Source of the DNA: an uncultured Acidobacteriota bacterium
Lineage (GTDB): Bacteria > Acidobacteriota > Thermoanaerobaculia > Gp7-AA8
Direction of reading: 5' to 3'
DNA: 64,000 nucleotides
NCBI GenBank assembly: GCA_963822445.1
Contig: CAWGHO010000001.1
Span: 1,056,001 to 1,120,000, forward strand
The notes under the pieces are model-generated. The model had not been told where the DNA came from. It ran no database searches and worked only from the letters and a program-made list of their open reading frames with translations. A program made the position numbers and the translations under genes. Positions 40,793 through 50,935 of this stretch are shown here, in pieces. Numbering within the stretch: the stretch's first letter is position 1; each line of letters opens with the position of its first letter.

Positions 40793-40853
40793 GTGTAGTG
40801 TGGGCCTCTGGCCTACCTTCAACCCAAGGGTAGGCCGGAGGCCCACACTACAC
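40793..40853. repeat. GTAG-type REP doublet
   Basis: TGTAGTGTGGGCCTC..GGCCTACC / GGTAGGCCGGAGGCCCACACTACA; second copy at 44281. Confidence 0.9.
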
Positions 40854-40881
40854 GGCCCCGCCGATGTGCCCAAAAAACGCG

Positions 40882-42792
40882 TCACTCGCCACCGGCCGTC
40901 CGAGAAACCTCTCCACCATCTCCCTCGCGGGCTCCTCGCTGCCGCGGCTCAGGATCAGTCTCGCGGAAGCGCTGGCCGACCTCGGAGTTCATCACGTCGG
41001 CGCCGAACGCGGTCACCAGGTCGAGGGCGATCACTTTCGCCCACATGTAGCCGTAGTAGCCGGCGGCGTAGCCCGAAGCGATGTGCTCGAAGGTTCCGGG
41101 GAACTGCGTGCCTTCGACGTAGCCCATCGGCGTGGCACCTTCCATCGAGCGCCACACATCGAGCGCGCGGCCCGGCTGTTCGCTGGAAAGAGCCATATCG
41201 AACGAGGCGTAGAGAAGTTGGCGGCCGTAATCGACGCCGGCGCCGAACTCGCTTCGCTGAACGCAAACGATCGACGAGCGACTGATCGATCTCCGGACAG
41301 GTCGCTGCAGTGCCTGCGCAGCAGGGAGAGGCTCTCCATCCGGCTCGCCCACTCCTCGTACATCTGCGACGGCGCCTCGACGAAATCGCGCTCGACGCTC
41401 GTGCCGGAGTGCCCGACGTAGTACGTGTCTCGACAGCACGCCGTGCAGCACGTGCCCGAACTCGTGCAGCAGCGTTTCCAGCTCGTCGTGGGTGAGCCCC
41501 TCGCGATCGAAGTTCGTCACCAGCGCGCTGATCGGCTTCCGTCCGGTACGGCGGCTCACTCCGCGCACCGGCCAGGCCGCGGCATGCTTGTACTTGCCGT
41601 CGCGCGGATAGAGATCGAGATAGATGCCGCCGACCAGATCGCCGCTCGAGGCATCCAGCACGTCGAGGTAGATCACATCCTCGTGCCACACCGGCACGGT
41701 CGCGCGCTCGAATCGCAGACCGTAGAGACGCTCGCTGATGTCGAGCATCCATTCGATCGTGGCCGGCGTGGGGAAGTACTTGCGAAGCTGTTCCTGGTCG
41801 ATGGCGTAGCGCCGTTCGCGCAATCGCTCTCGATAGAACGAGACGTCCCAGCGATCGATGCGCGCCTGCTCGACCGAAACGCCGGTCAGCTCGGCCTTGA
41901 GCTCGGCCAGGTGTCCGAGGTCGCGGATCTCGGCTTCGGTGACGACCTTGCGGACGTCGTCGAGGAAGCTCGTCACCTTCTCCGGAATCTCCACCATCCG
42001 CCGCTTGGTGACGTAGTGGGCGAAGCTGGGAACGCCGTAGAGATCGGCGATCTCCTTGCGCAGCGAGACGATCTCGTCGAGCACGGCCAGGTTCCGTTCG
42101 GTACCCCGCGACGTATTCGCCATCCAGTAGCGCTTCCGGGCCTGCTCGTCCTGCGCGTTCATCATGAAGGGGACGTAATCGGGATAGTCGAAGCCGACGA
42201 CCACGTCCCCCTCTTCATCGCGCGGCACGCGATCGAGCCACGACTGCGGCATGCCCCGGCACTCGTCGGGCGTGAAGACCAGACGGGTTTCGTTCTCGCG
42301 GATGTTCTTCGCGAACTCCTGCCCCAGCTCGGTCAGCCGCTCGGAGATCTGCTTGAAGCGATCGCGCTTCTCGACGGGAAGTGATACGCCGCTGTCCTCG
42401 AAGGCCTCGATGAGATGTTTGCGCAGCTCGCGCTCCGCGACGGACCGCGGCGCGACCGCGCTCACCCGCTCGTAGAAACGTTCGTTCTGAAAGACGCTGG
42501 TGATGAAGCTCGACTCCTGCACGAGCACGTCGTCGCAGGCGTCGCGGACCGCTTTGTCGGGATGGACGCTGTTGAGGAGCGAGATCGGCCCGAACGCGTC
42601 CTCCATCATCATGGCCGTGTCCTCCCAGGCGTCGAGGATGCGCGCGGCATCCGCCGATTCGAGCGGCACGGCCTCGATGCGGGCCAATGACTCTCGGGCC
42701 CGGCTCAGCGCACGCTCCGCGGACTCGGTCACGTCGCGGACATCGAGGATGGGAATGGTGGCGCGGCGGATCTCAGCGGCTTCAGCGGTCAT
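40882..42792 (-). CDS. M3 metallopeptidase (thimet oligopeptidase/PrlC-like), compensating frameshifts in the C-terminal third
   Basis: YLDLYPRDGKYKHAA, HEFGH, GYAAGYYGYMW; DFVEAPSQ lies in another frame. Confidence 0.9.
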   Translation of the reverse strand: MTAEAAEIRRATIPILDVRDVTESAERALSRARESLARIEAVPLESADAARILDAWEDTAMMMEDAFGPISLLNSVHPDKAVRDACDDVLVQESSFITSVFQNERFYERVSAVAPRSVAERELRKHLIEAFEDSGVSLPVEKRDRFKQISERLTELGQEFAKNIRENETRLVFTPDECRGMPQSWLDRVPRDEEGDVVVGFDYPDYVPFMMNAQDEQARKRYWMANTSRGTERNLAVLDEIVSLRKEIADLYGVPSFAHYVTKRRMVEIPEKVTSFLDDVRKVVTEAEIRDLGHLAELKAELTGVSVEQARIDRWDVSFYRERLRERRYAIDQEQLRKYFPTPATIEWMLDISERLYGLRFERATVPVWHEDVIYLDVLDASSGDLVGGIYLDLYPRDGKYKHAAAWPVRGVSRRTGRKPISALVTNFDREGLTHDELETLLHEFGHVLHGVLSRHVLRRALRHERRARFRRGAVADVRGVGEPDGEPLPAAQALQRPVRRSISRSSIVCVQRSEFGAGVDYGRQLLYASFDMALSSEQPGRALDVWRSMEGATPMGYVEGTQFPGTFEHIASGYAAGYYGYMWAKVIALDLVTAFGADVMNSEVGQRFRETDPEPRQRGAREGDGGEVSRTAGGE

Positions 42793-42850
42793 CAGGCGGG
42801 CGGGATTCTAAGTGCCGCAACTTTGCTCAGCAAATCACGTACACAGATGT

Positions 42851-43723
42851 ATGCGCCCTATCTCCCTGCTGCTCGTGCTCTGCCTGATCTCCGTCCCCGT
42901 TTTCGCCGCGAATCACGTCGAGCTTTTCACGGCCGGCAAGGCGGCGCTCAGCTCCGGCCAGGCCGAGAAAGCCGCGGGCCTCTTCGAGCAGGCCATCAAG
43001 CTTCAGCCGAGGAACGCCGAATATCACTACTACCTCGGCGGCGCATACGGCGAGATGGCCATGGCCGCAAGCCTCTTCGGCAAGGCCTCGCTCGCCAAAA
43101 AGGCGAAAGTCGCGCTGGACAAAGCGGTGGAGCTCGACCCCAACGCCATCGAGCCCCGTTTCGCCCTCATCGACTTCCATCTGATGGCCCCCGGGTTCAT
43201 GGGCGGCGATCCTGACAAAGCTCTCGCGCATGCGAACGAGATCAAGAAGCGCGACAACATCGACGGCCATCGCGCCTTCGCCCGGATTCACGCGCGGCAG
43301 AAGAAGACCGATCTGGCGCGCAAGGAGTTCGTCGACGCGGTGCGCGAGAATCCGAAGTCGGCGCGCGCGCACTACCTGCTGGCGACCTTCCTCTGGAGTG
43401 AGAAGAACTGGACCGGTGCCATGCAGGAGGTCGATGCGGCGCTGAAGCTCGACCCGAACTTCATGCCCGCCTGGTACCGCCTCGGCGCCGTGGCCGGGAA
43501 CTCCGGCCAGAACCTGGCGCGTGGTGAAGAAGCGCTGCGCAAATACCTCGCGTACACGCCGGTGCAGAACGAGCCGTCCCACGGCTGGGCGTGGTACTTC
43601 GTCGGACTGATTCAGGAGAAGCAGGGGAAGAAAGCGGAGGCGAAGGTGAGTCTGCAGAAAGCGCAGAAGATCCTGCCGAACGCGAAGGACATCAGCGACG
43701 CGCTCAAGCGCGTTTCCAGCTAA
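42851..43723 (+). CDS. Secreted tetratricopeptide repeat protein
   Basis: Signal peptide; repeated A..L.P.N TPR patterns; APGFMGG. Confidence 0.85.
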   Translation: MRPISLLLVLCLISVPVFAANHVELFTAGKAALSSGQAEKAAGLFEQAIKLQPRNAEYHYYLGGAYGEMAMAASLFGKASLAKKAKVALDKAVELDPNAIEPRFALIDFHLMAPGFMGGDPDKALAHANEIKKRDNIDGHRAFARIHARQKKTDLARKEFVDAVRENPKSARAHYLLATFLWSEKNWTGAMQEVDAALKLDPNFMPAWYRLGAVAGNSGQNLARGEEALRKYLAYTPVQNEPSHGWAWYFVGLIQEKQGKKAEAKVSLQKAQKILPNAKDISDALKRVSS

Positions 43724-44187
43724 TTCGGCTTCTCCACATCGGCGAGCGGCGTGACCGATCCCGTGGCCGCGTCGAACTTCTGAGCCTCGGGCGACTCGGT
43801 CTGCGATTCCTCGATCATCTGCCTCGCCGTATCGACGAGGGCCTGGGCGACGGCGTTGATGTCGAACGGCTTCCGGATCACGCGGCGCACCAGCGAGTCA
43901 TCGAGTGAAGCCACGTCGCCGTTGGTGAGGGCCGTGGCGACGATGACGATCGGCCGGGGCACGATGCCGTTGATCTTCTGCACCAGCTCGTAGCCGCTGA
44001 GGCGCGGCATCATCAGATCGACGATGGCGATCTGATACTCCTTCTGCTCGAACTTCTCGAGCGCATCCACGCCGTCGCGCGCCGTATCGACCTCGAAGCC
44101 TTCACGCTGAGCGATCCGCGCGAGCAATTTGCGGATCGCTGCATCGTCATCGACGATGAGTAAGGTCGTCTTCTTCGGCCCTGCCAT
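43720..44187 (-). CDS. Single-domain response regulator
   Basis: LIVDDD, DLMMP, KPF. Confidence 0.9.
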   Translation of the reverse strand: MAGPKKTTLLIVDDDAAIRKLLARIAQREGFEVDTARDGVDALEKFEQKEYQIAIVDLMMPRLSGYELVQKINGIVPRPIVIVATALTNGDVASLDDSLVRRVIRKPFDINAVAQALVDTARQMIEESQTESPEAQKFDAATGSVTPLADVEKPN

Positions 44188-44235
44188 GCCAGGGGCAAAG
44201 AAGTGCAAGGAGTGTGCGCAGTATGACCGGGAAAT

Positions 44236-44251
44236 TGTGATTTAAGTCACG
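44236..44251. promoter_or_regulatory. CRP/FNR-family-like site TGTGA-N6-TCACG
   Basis: 9/10 match to TGTGA-N6-TCACA, about 50 bp upstream of the response regulator. Confidence 0.5.
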
Positions 44252-44280
44252 CACGGTCAGTCATTTACGGCAGGCTGGGC

Positions 44281-44340
44281 TGTAGTGTGGGCCTCCTGGC
44301 CTACCTCCCGCCCGGAGGTAGGCCGGAGGCCCACACTACA
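44281..44340. repeat. GTAG-type REP doublet
   Basis: Arms near-identical to those of 40793-40853. Confidence 0.9.
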
Positions 44341-44347
44341 CGGCACA

Positions 44348-45823
44348 TCAATGCGCGAAGCTCTGCATCGACCAGGCGAAGTCGACCTTCGTGTTGGTCG
44401 CGAACCAGGTCTTGTCATCGGGATTGAGCTGGAAAGCGATCGCGTACGAGTTCGTCGTCCAGGCCGCGGCGCGATGACAGGTCATGCAGTTGGACTGCAC
44501 GCCGTAGCCGTCGCCGGTCTTGTTCATCCCCTTGAGGTGCTTGAGGTCCGTCTCGAGGTAGGGGTTGTAGCAAAGCCGCCCCTGCCCGGTCAGTGAGCCC
44601 GGAGGCGTGACCATGTAGTACGCCGTGCAGCCAGCGTACTGATTCCAGGGCTTGGGGATGGTCGAGGGCGGCGACATCGCCGTCGGAGGATCGGCCGCGA
44701 GCTGCGACGGATTCGGCTGCCACCAGAAGGTCTGCCAGGTCCAGTTGTCGATCTCGCGGCTGGACACGTGTGTCGCGACCAGCAGCGCGAAATCGCCGAC
44801 CTTCGGCATCGACTCGTTCGAGTTTCCGAGCTCGTCGGCGTACTGCGCGAGATCGTTGACCTCGTCCTGCGTGAGCTGGAACGCGTAAAACGCGGACTGG
44901 GCCGGCTGCGCACTCACCGGCATGACCACGTACGTTCCCGCCTTCATCGTGGTCTGCCCTGGATTGCCCTCGTTGCAGATCCGGTCGACGTCGTTCTTCG
45001 CCTTGCCGGTCGGATCGGCGAGCACGCACTGCTTCCAGGTGTCGTTCGACGGGTTCGTCGTGCTGGTGCTGGCGTTGGACGAGAGTCCGTTCCAGTACGG
45101 GACCATGGTCGGCTCGGTGCCGCTGATGATCCAAAAGACCGGCTTGGTCATGATCGACGTGTTGGGAAACGGCTTGATCGCGCGCTGGGCGACCGGTGTC
45201 GTCGCCGTCCAGCTGTTGTTCAGATCCGTCAGGGTCTGCTTGAGGTAATACGAGTTCGTCCAGACGTGATCCTTCATCTCCTGGGTGAAGCGATTGAAGG
45301 TCAGGAGCAGGCCGGCATTGCCTGTGACCGGCGCGGCTCTCGGCGGCTTCGGATCAGTGTTGCCCTTGAAAAACTGATTCGGCCGGTGCATGCGCCGCTG
45401 CGGATTGACGCGGCGATTCTGGGCCTTGGCCATGACCATGTCGGCGCCCTGCGCGGCATCGGCGGCCGGCGCGGCCCCCTCGTTGACTTTGTAAACGGTG
45501 GTCGAGTCGTACCAGGTCTCCCACACCGGCAGCGGCGTGCCGTTGTAGGACTGGCCGCTGTCAGCGTTCATGGCCGCCCAGAGATCCCAGGCATGATCGG
45601 CGATGGCCGCATCATTCGGCGGCGTGCTGTTGATCCAGCCGTCGATCGTGGCCAGCGGAACGTAGACGCTGGGATTGATGGCCGTGTAGCGGATCTCCTG
45701 CTGGGCAGCCGGCTGGGTGCTGGTGGCTGTGGCGGACGTCGAGGATGTCTCGGTGGTGGATTTGGTTTCGGACTGGCAGGCAACGAACAGGACGAGAGCG
45801 ATCAGGACAAGCGATCGGCGCAT
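44348..45823 (-). CDS. Lipoprotein with a C-terminal CxxCH (putative c-type cytochrome)
   Basis: FVAC lipobox; VWETW, WTWQTFWW, SNCMTCH. Confidence 0.7.
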   Translation of the reverse strand: MRRSLVLIALVLFVACQSETKSTTETSSTSATATSTQPAAQQEIRYTAINPSVYVPLATIDGWINSTPPNDAAIADHAWDLWAAMNADSGQSYNGTPLPVWETWYDSTTVYKVNEGAAPAADAAQGADMVMAKAQNRRVNPQRRMHRPNQFFKGNTDPKPPRAAPVTGNAGLLLTFNRFTQEMKDHVWTNSYYLKQTLTDLNNSWTATTPVAQRAIKPFPNTSIMTKPVFWIISGTEPTMVPYWNGLSSNASTSTTNPSNDTWKQCVLADPTGKAKNDVDRICNEGNPGQTTMKAGTYVVMPVSAQPAQSAFYAFQLTQDEVNDLAQYADELGNSNESMPKVGDFALLVATHVSSREIDNWTWQTFWWQPNPSQLAADPPTAMSPPSTIPKPWNQYAGCTAYYMVTPPGSLTGQGRLCYNPYLETDLKHLKGMNKTGDGYGVQSNCMTCHRAAAWTTNSYAIAFQLNPDDKTWFATNTKVDFAWSMQSFAH

Positions 45824-45869
45824 CAATACTTCCTCCCTGACGGAGGAGAGTTGCCAGCGGGATAAATCC

Positions 45870-46466
45870 CTACCGCGATCCTTCGAGAGACGCCGTGCCG
45901 CCCACCAGGATCGGGTACGGATTGACCGGCGTGCCCTTCCACCAGCGCTTCTCCGCCGTCAACACTTCGATGGCGAAGTGAAGGTGAGGAGTGCCGCGGG
46001 TGTTGCCGGTCGTCCCGACGTAGCCGATGACCGTTCCCTGGGTGACGAAAAGCCCTTCCGCGATTCCCTTCGCATAGCGATCGAGGTGGGCGTAGTAGTA
46101 AACGCGCTCCCGGTTCACGTCGAACTGGTAGATCGTCACGCCGCCCGCTTTGCTGTGGAAGAGCTTCTCGATCCTGCCGTCGACGGCCGCGATGACCGGC
46201 GTGCCTTTGGGGGCCATGATGTCGAGCGCGTTGTGCAGGCGGCCGCCGCCGCGCGGCTGGGTGAAGTTGTCGCGGATGCGATCCGCCGTCATGCCCCGAA
46301 CGGGGATCATGATGCCGCCCGACGGCGTCACCACCATCGACGACGGCACGCGCGCCAGGGCGGGCGACGCCGGCGCGGGTCGCGCGACGCTCTCGCCGCT
46401 GCTGAGAATCACGATGGCCACGCCGCCGAGAATCCAGCCGCCGATCAGTACTCCGAATGTACGCAC
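45870..46466 (-). CDS. M23 family metallopeptidase
   Basis: HNALD, YYAHLD, VGTTGN, PHLHF, NPY. Confidence 0.9.
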   Translation of the reverse strand: MRTFGVLIGGWILGGVAIVILSSGESVARPAPASPALARVPSSMVVTPSGGIMIPVRGMTADRIRDNFTQPRGGGRLHNALDIMAPKGTPVIAAVDGRIEKLFHSKAGGVTIYQFDVNRERVYYYAHLDRYAKGIAEGLFVTQGTVIGYVGTTGNTRGTPHLHFAIEVLTAEKRWWKGTPVNPYPILVGGTASLEGSR

Positions 46467-46487
46467 GAGACCGATAATGAACGTCCG

Positions 46488-47369
46488 GTGCCGGAACTTC
46501 CCGATATCACCCTTTATCTCGAGGCCCTCGAGGCCCGAATCGTGGGCAAAACGCTGGAAAAAGTCCGTCTGGCCAGCCCGTTTCTGCTCCGGACCGTGGA
46601 GCCAACTCCTGCAGACGTAGCGGGTAAGCGCGTAACCGAGCTCCGCCGTCTCGGCAAGCGCATCGCCATCGGCCTCGAAGGCGAGCTCTTCCTCATCATC
46701 CATCTGATGATTGCTGGCCGCCTGAAGTGGCTGCCCAAAGGCGCGAAGGTCCCCGGCAAGGTCGGTCTCGCCGCCTTCGACTTCGATGCGGGGACGCTCG
46801 TGCTGACCGAGGCGGGGTCGAAGCGGCGGGCTTCCCTGCATATCGTGAAGGGCGAAGAGGCGCTGGCCGATCACCACCGCGGCGGGATCGAGCCGCTTGA
46901 GATGACGTTCGACGAGTTCCGCGCCGCCCTCACCGCGGGACGCCACACCCTCAAACGCCAGCTCACCGACCCGCAGGTCTTCAGCGGAATCGGCAACGCC
47001 TACTCCGACGAGATCCTCCACCGCGCCCGCCTCTCGCCGGTGCAGATGACGACGAACCTCGACGACGAAGAACTGAAGCGCCTCTACGACGCGATCCGCG
47101 ACACGCTCCAGCTCTGGATCGCGCGCCTCCGCGCCGAGACCGGCACCGCCTTCCCCGAGAAAGTCACCGCCTTCCGCCCGGAGATGGCCGTCCACGGCAA
47201 ATACAACCAGCCCTGCCCCGACTGTGGCACCCCCGTCCAGCACATCGTCTACGCCGAAAACGAAACGAACTACTGCGCCCGCTGCCAGACAGGCGGAAAG
47301 CTCCTCGCCGACCGCGCGCTCTCGAGATTGTTGAGAGGGGATTGGCCGAAGTCGATTGATGAGCTCTGA
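46488..47369 (+). CDS. Fpg/Nei-family DNA glycosylase
   Basis: MPELP, HLMIAG, GIGNAYSDE, CPDC...CARCQ zinc finger. Confidence 0.93.
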   Translation: MPELPDITLYLEALEARIVGKTLEKVRLASPFLLRTVEPTPADVAGKRVTELRRLGKRIAIGLEGELFLIIHLMIAGRLKWLPKGAKVPGKVGLAAFDFDAGTLVLTEAGSKRRASLHIVKGEEALADHHRGGIEPLEMTFDEFRAALTAGRHTLKRQLTDPQVFSGIGNAYSDEILHRARLSPVQMTTNLDDEELKRLYDAIRDTLQLWIARLRAETGTAFPEKVTAFRPEMAVHGKYNQPCPDCGTPVQHIVYAENETNYCARCQTGGKLLADRALSRLLRGDWPKSIDEL

Positions 47370-47372
47370 TTT

Positions 47373-47452
47373 GGTTACGAGGTTTCGAGGTTGCGGGGTT
47401 ACGAGGTGGCTCTTCTCCCTCGAAACCTCGCAACCCCGTAACCCCGCAACCC
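47373..47452. repeat. Inverted octamer tandem-repeat element (GGTTDCGR)n
   Basis: Same unit family as 6790-6873. Confidence 0.9.
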
Positions 47453-47455
47453 TTC

Positions 47456-47483
47456 TCTAACGTTTCCAAAACCCGCACGTCTA
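47456..47483 (+). promoter_or_regulatory. Putative ECF autoregulatory promoter TCTAAC-N16-CGTCTA
   Basis: AAC/CGT ECF consensus 15 bp before the sigma factor ATG. Confidence 0.55.
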
Positions 47484-47497
47484 TCCAGTTTGAACCC

Positions 47498-48145
47498 ATG
47501 CTTCAGGCGGCCATGACCGGCATTCTTCCAGTGACTGCGACCTCGCCAGTGGGAACCACGGAGGATCGCCGGCTCGCGAGCGCTTGTGCGGCGGGGGACA
47601 CAGGGATCTTTGAAGAGATTTACCAGCGGTTCGGCGAGCGGATGAAGAGCATCGCCTGGAATCACCTCGGCAACCGCAGCGATGCCGAGGATGCGGTCCA
47701 GGAGACGTTTCTGAAGATCCATCGGGCGGCGAAGACGTACTCGGGCGAGGCGTCGTTCTCCACGTGGGCATTCAGGATCCTCGTCAATACCTGCTACGAC
47801 GTTCTCAGGAAGCGGCGGCGGCGCATCGAAGAAGCGCCGATCGACGACACCCCCGAGACCGCCGAGCGGACCGCGCCCAACATCGACGAGGCCAAGCGGA
47901 TGACGCTTCGCAAGCTCCTCTCCGAGCTCACCGAACAGCGCCGTACCGTCTTCACCCTTTTCGAGATCGAAGGACTCAGTCACGCCGAGATCGCCGAGAT
48001 CCTCGGCATCAGCGAAGGGAATTCGAAGTGGATTCTCTTCGCAACCAAGAAGGAGCTCCAGGAGAAATGGTTACGGGGTCACGGGGTTACGGGGTCCCCT
48101 CCACCCCGCAACCCCGAAACCTCGCAACCCCGGAACCATCAATGA
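47498..48145 (+). CDS. ECF RNA polymerase sigma factor
   Basis: DAEDAVQETFL, FSTWAFRILVN, EGLSHAEIAEILGI; C-terminal tail is repeat-derived. Confidence 0.93.
   Translation: MLQAAMTGILPVTATSPVGTTEDRRLASACAAGDTGIFEEIYQRFGERMKSIAWNHLGNRSDAEDAVQETFLKIHRAAKTYSGEASFSTWAFRILVNTCYDVLRKRRRRIEEAPIDDTPETAERTAPNIDEAKRMTLRKLLSELTEQRRTVFTLFEIEGLSHAEIAEILGISEGNSKWILFATKKELQEKWLRGHGVTGSPPPRNPETSQPRNHQ
48069..48137. repeat. Inverted octamer tandem-repeat element within the 3' end of the sigma gene
   Basis: GGTTACGG-like units and complementary CCGCAACC-like units. Confidence 0.88.
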
Positions 48146-48781
48146 TGAACATCACCTGCAATCAACTCGACGACCTGCTGTTCGACGGCTCTCCGCTGGC
48201 CATGGAGTCCGCGGCGCGGCATGCGCGCGACTGCGCGGCCTGCGCGGAGAAGCTGGCGGCGTGGAACGACATCTCGGACACCGCTCAGTCCATGCGCGAG
48301 AGCTGGCAGAACGACATGCTCTGGCCGCGCATCGAGCGCTCCCTTCGCGAAGAGCGGAAGAAAAGCGCACCCATGACCCGCCTCTGGCAATACGCCGCGG
48401 CCATCCTCATCACCATCGGCCTCGGCGGCACGATGTGGTACTCGCTGCGCGTCCAGAGCAGCGAGGCCGCATTCGACAAACGGATCCTGCAGACCTCCGC
48501 GCTCGACGACGTGGAGCGCGCCGAAAAGAGCCACGAGCTGGCCATCGCCCAGCTCGAGCAGCTCGCCGAATCGAAGATCGACCACGAGCGGCTCGCCGCT
48601 GATGGTCTCCTACAAAGAAAAGCTCATGCTCCTCGACGACGCGATCGCCGAGTGCCAGTCCAACATCGACAGAAATCGACAGAACGCGCATCTCCGGAAG
48701 CAGCTGCTGGCCATGTACTCGGCCAAGCAGCAGACCCTCGAGGACGTGCTGCGGGAGGACACCAATGTCTCGAATCAATAG
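48142..48781 (+). CDS. Zinc-binding anti-sigma factor (HxxxCxxC), frameshift near 48590
   Basis: HARDCAAC, single TM; C-terminus LLDDAIAEC...KQQTLEDVL in a shifted frame. Confidence 0.8.
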
Positions 48782-50222
48782 CGCGATTGCCGCGCTGGTC
48801 ATGCTCCTCATCGTCGCTCCCGTTTTCGCGGAGCCGCACGATGACGAGCGTTACGAGCTGAAGTTCGGCAAGAACCTTTCCTACCACGGCGGCACGGTCA
48901 CCATCGATCACCGCATCGGGTAGCCTGACCGTACGCACGCATGCTGCGAACACCGTCGACGTCCGGGCCATCATCCGCGCGTCCGATCCCGACATCGGCA
49001 AGCAGATCCGCATTCACGTCAGCGAGAGCGGGCCGGCCACGATCCGCACGGAATTTCCCCGCATCGTCAATTACCGGGGCAATCTCTCCTACTCGGTCGA
49101 CATGACCGTGACTCTGCCCGCGAACGCGCCGGTGCTAGCCAAGAATCAGTTCGGCAACATCGATGCGCGCGGCTTGCGCACGGCCAGCCAGATCGAGAAC
49201 AAGCAGGGCTCGATCAAAGTCGCCGACACCCGCGGCGCACAGACGGTGTCGAATCAGTTCGGCTCGATCGAAGTGACGGACAGCGCCGGCGATCTGACCG
49301 TGGCCAACAGCAACGGCTCGATCAAGGTGCAGAACGTCGACGGCGCTCTCACCGTCGCGAACCGCTTCGGTTCGATCACCGTTCCGACATCAAGCGCGCG
49401 GCGACCATCGCCAACTCGAACGGCGCTGTCGATGTGACCGACGTTGGCGGCACTCTCAAGGTCACCAACGCCTTCGGCAGCGTGAAGGTCTCGACCATCA
49501 CCGGCGCCGCGGACATCACCGTCAGCAACGCCCGGGTCGAAGTGTCGAACGTGAAGGGAGCGGCGACGATCCGCAATTCATTCGGAACCGTGGTCGCGCG
49601 CACGATCGGCGGGGCGCTGACCGTGGACGGCGACAACTCGCGCGTTGATGCGACGGACATCGGCGGCAACGCCACCATCGACACGGCCTTCGGCGCGGTC
49701 AACGTTCAAAACGTATCGGGACTGACGAAGATCGTGGCCGCGAACGGGAACATCAAAGTGTCGGATCTGAACGGCGCGCTCGACGCGCAGACGCGCTTCG
49801 GCTCGGTGAAGGCGGAGCGGGTCCGCGGCAACGCGACGGTGAAGGGCTCAAACGGCAGCATCACCCTCAACGAGATCAGCGGCGGCGTGAACGTGCGTAC
49901 GAGCTTCGGCTCGGCGTTCGTCGACGGCGTCGGCGGCGCGGTGGACATCCAGAACGAGAACGGCGCGGTCGGCGTGAGCGGCCTGCGCGGCAGCGGATGC
50001 CACCCGGTGTCGCTCCGGACGAGCTTCAGCTCGATCAAGATCGCCCTGCCGGAAAACGTGGGCTACAACGTCAGCGCCCGGACGTCGTTCGGCCGCATCA
50101 ACACCGATATCCCCGTCACCGCAACCGGCTCGGTCGGCGAGACGCTGTCCGGCACGATCGGCAAAGGGGGCTGCCGCCTCGACCTCATCAACTCGAACGG
50201 GAACATCACCATTACGCGCTGA
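48765..50222 (+). CDS. DUF4097 beta-strand repeat (adhesin-like) protein, frameshifts near 48920 and 49385
   Basis: Signal peptide; repeated N.FGSI / NSNG.I motifs across three frames. Confidence 0.8.
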
Positions 50223-50229
50223 CGCGCTG

Positions 50230-50311
50230 AGTGATTAGTGGTTAGTCGTTAGTGATTAGTAGCCACGCGGAACCGGCTTCCTAATCACTAATCACTAACC
50301 ACTAATCACTA
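50230..50311. repeat. Inverted heptamer tandem-repeat element (TGATTAG)n ... (CTAATCA)n
   Basis: Four units per arm; supplies the TAG stop of the convergent gene. Confidence 0.9.
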
Positions 50312-50935
50312 AAACGTCCTGCGATACGTAAAGATGAAGGCTCGCGGAACGCAGTTGCGGATGGGGGGCGAGAACTTCGCCCCCTTGATCTCGCGCTCGG
50401 CTAGAAACGCGAGCGATTCCTCGCCGGTCGTGTTCGAGACCACCTTCGTTTTCGTGACCACGCCCTTCGTGTTCACGCTCGCCTCAACCACGACCATCCC
50501 CGGCCGCGCGCGGTCGGAAAAGGCCAGGGTCGGTGTCTCGACGAAGGCGTAGTCCGAGTCGCAGCTGGTGTTCTTCTTCTTCGCTGTAGTTTTTGTCGAC
50601 GCCGTTCCGCTGCTCACGAATCGCGAGGCCACCCAGCCGACCTCGCCGCTGGCGAGCTTCACCTTCGTCCAGTTGTCATCGTCATCGGCCAGCACGTCCA
50701 GCGCCGTCCCTTTTTTCAACTGGGTGATGACCTCGGCGTCACCCGACGCGTCGCGGCGGACGTTGAGCGCCGAAGCGGTGACCCGCACCGTGCCGATCAC
50801 CTTTTCCACCTCGGTGATTTTGGGAGGTGGCGGCGGAGGCGCTGCCGGTGCGACGACGGGCGCAGGCGGCGCGGCGCATGCGCACAGCAGGAGCAGGGAG
50901 AGGGCAACCAGGACCCGAAGCACGAGCCCGATCAT
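50309..50935 (-). CDS. Lipoprotein with SH3b and TonB C-terminal-like domains
   Basis: ALNVR...WTKVK...GWV; VVEASVNTKGVV...FSP. Confidence 0.78.
   Translation of the reverse strand: MIGLVLRVLVALSLLLLCACAAPPAPVVAPAAPPPPPPKITEVEKVIGTVRVTASALNVRRDASGDAEVITQLKKGTALDVLADDDDNWTKVKLASGEVGWVASRFVSSGTASTKTTAKKKNTSCDSDYAFVETPTLAFSDRARPGMVVVEASVNTKGVVTKTKVVSNTTGEESLAFLAEREIKGAKFSPPIRNCVPRAFIFTYRRTF

Noticed and set aside
48918-48923. In-frame TAG in the DUF4097 gene as pyrrolysine or read-through
   Set aside because: The protein continues in a different frame; removing one G from GGG restores ATC GGT AGC CTG.
8660-49400. Frameshifts in about ten genes (near 8670, 16933, 18930, 19140-19250, 20260, 39450-39545, 40222, 40950-41430, 48590, 48920, 49385) as pseudogenes or programmed recoding
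   Set aside because: They are scattered single-base indels in unrelated genes with otherwise intact motifs, some compensating, and share no slippery motif. Long-read consensus error is the simplest explanation.
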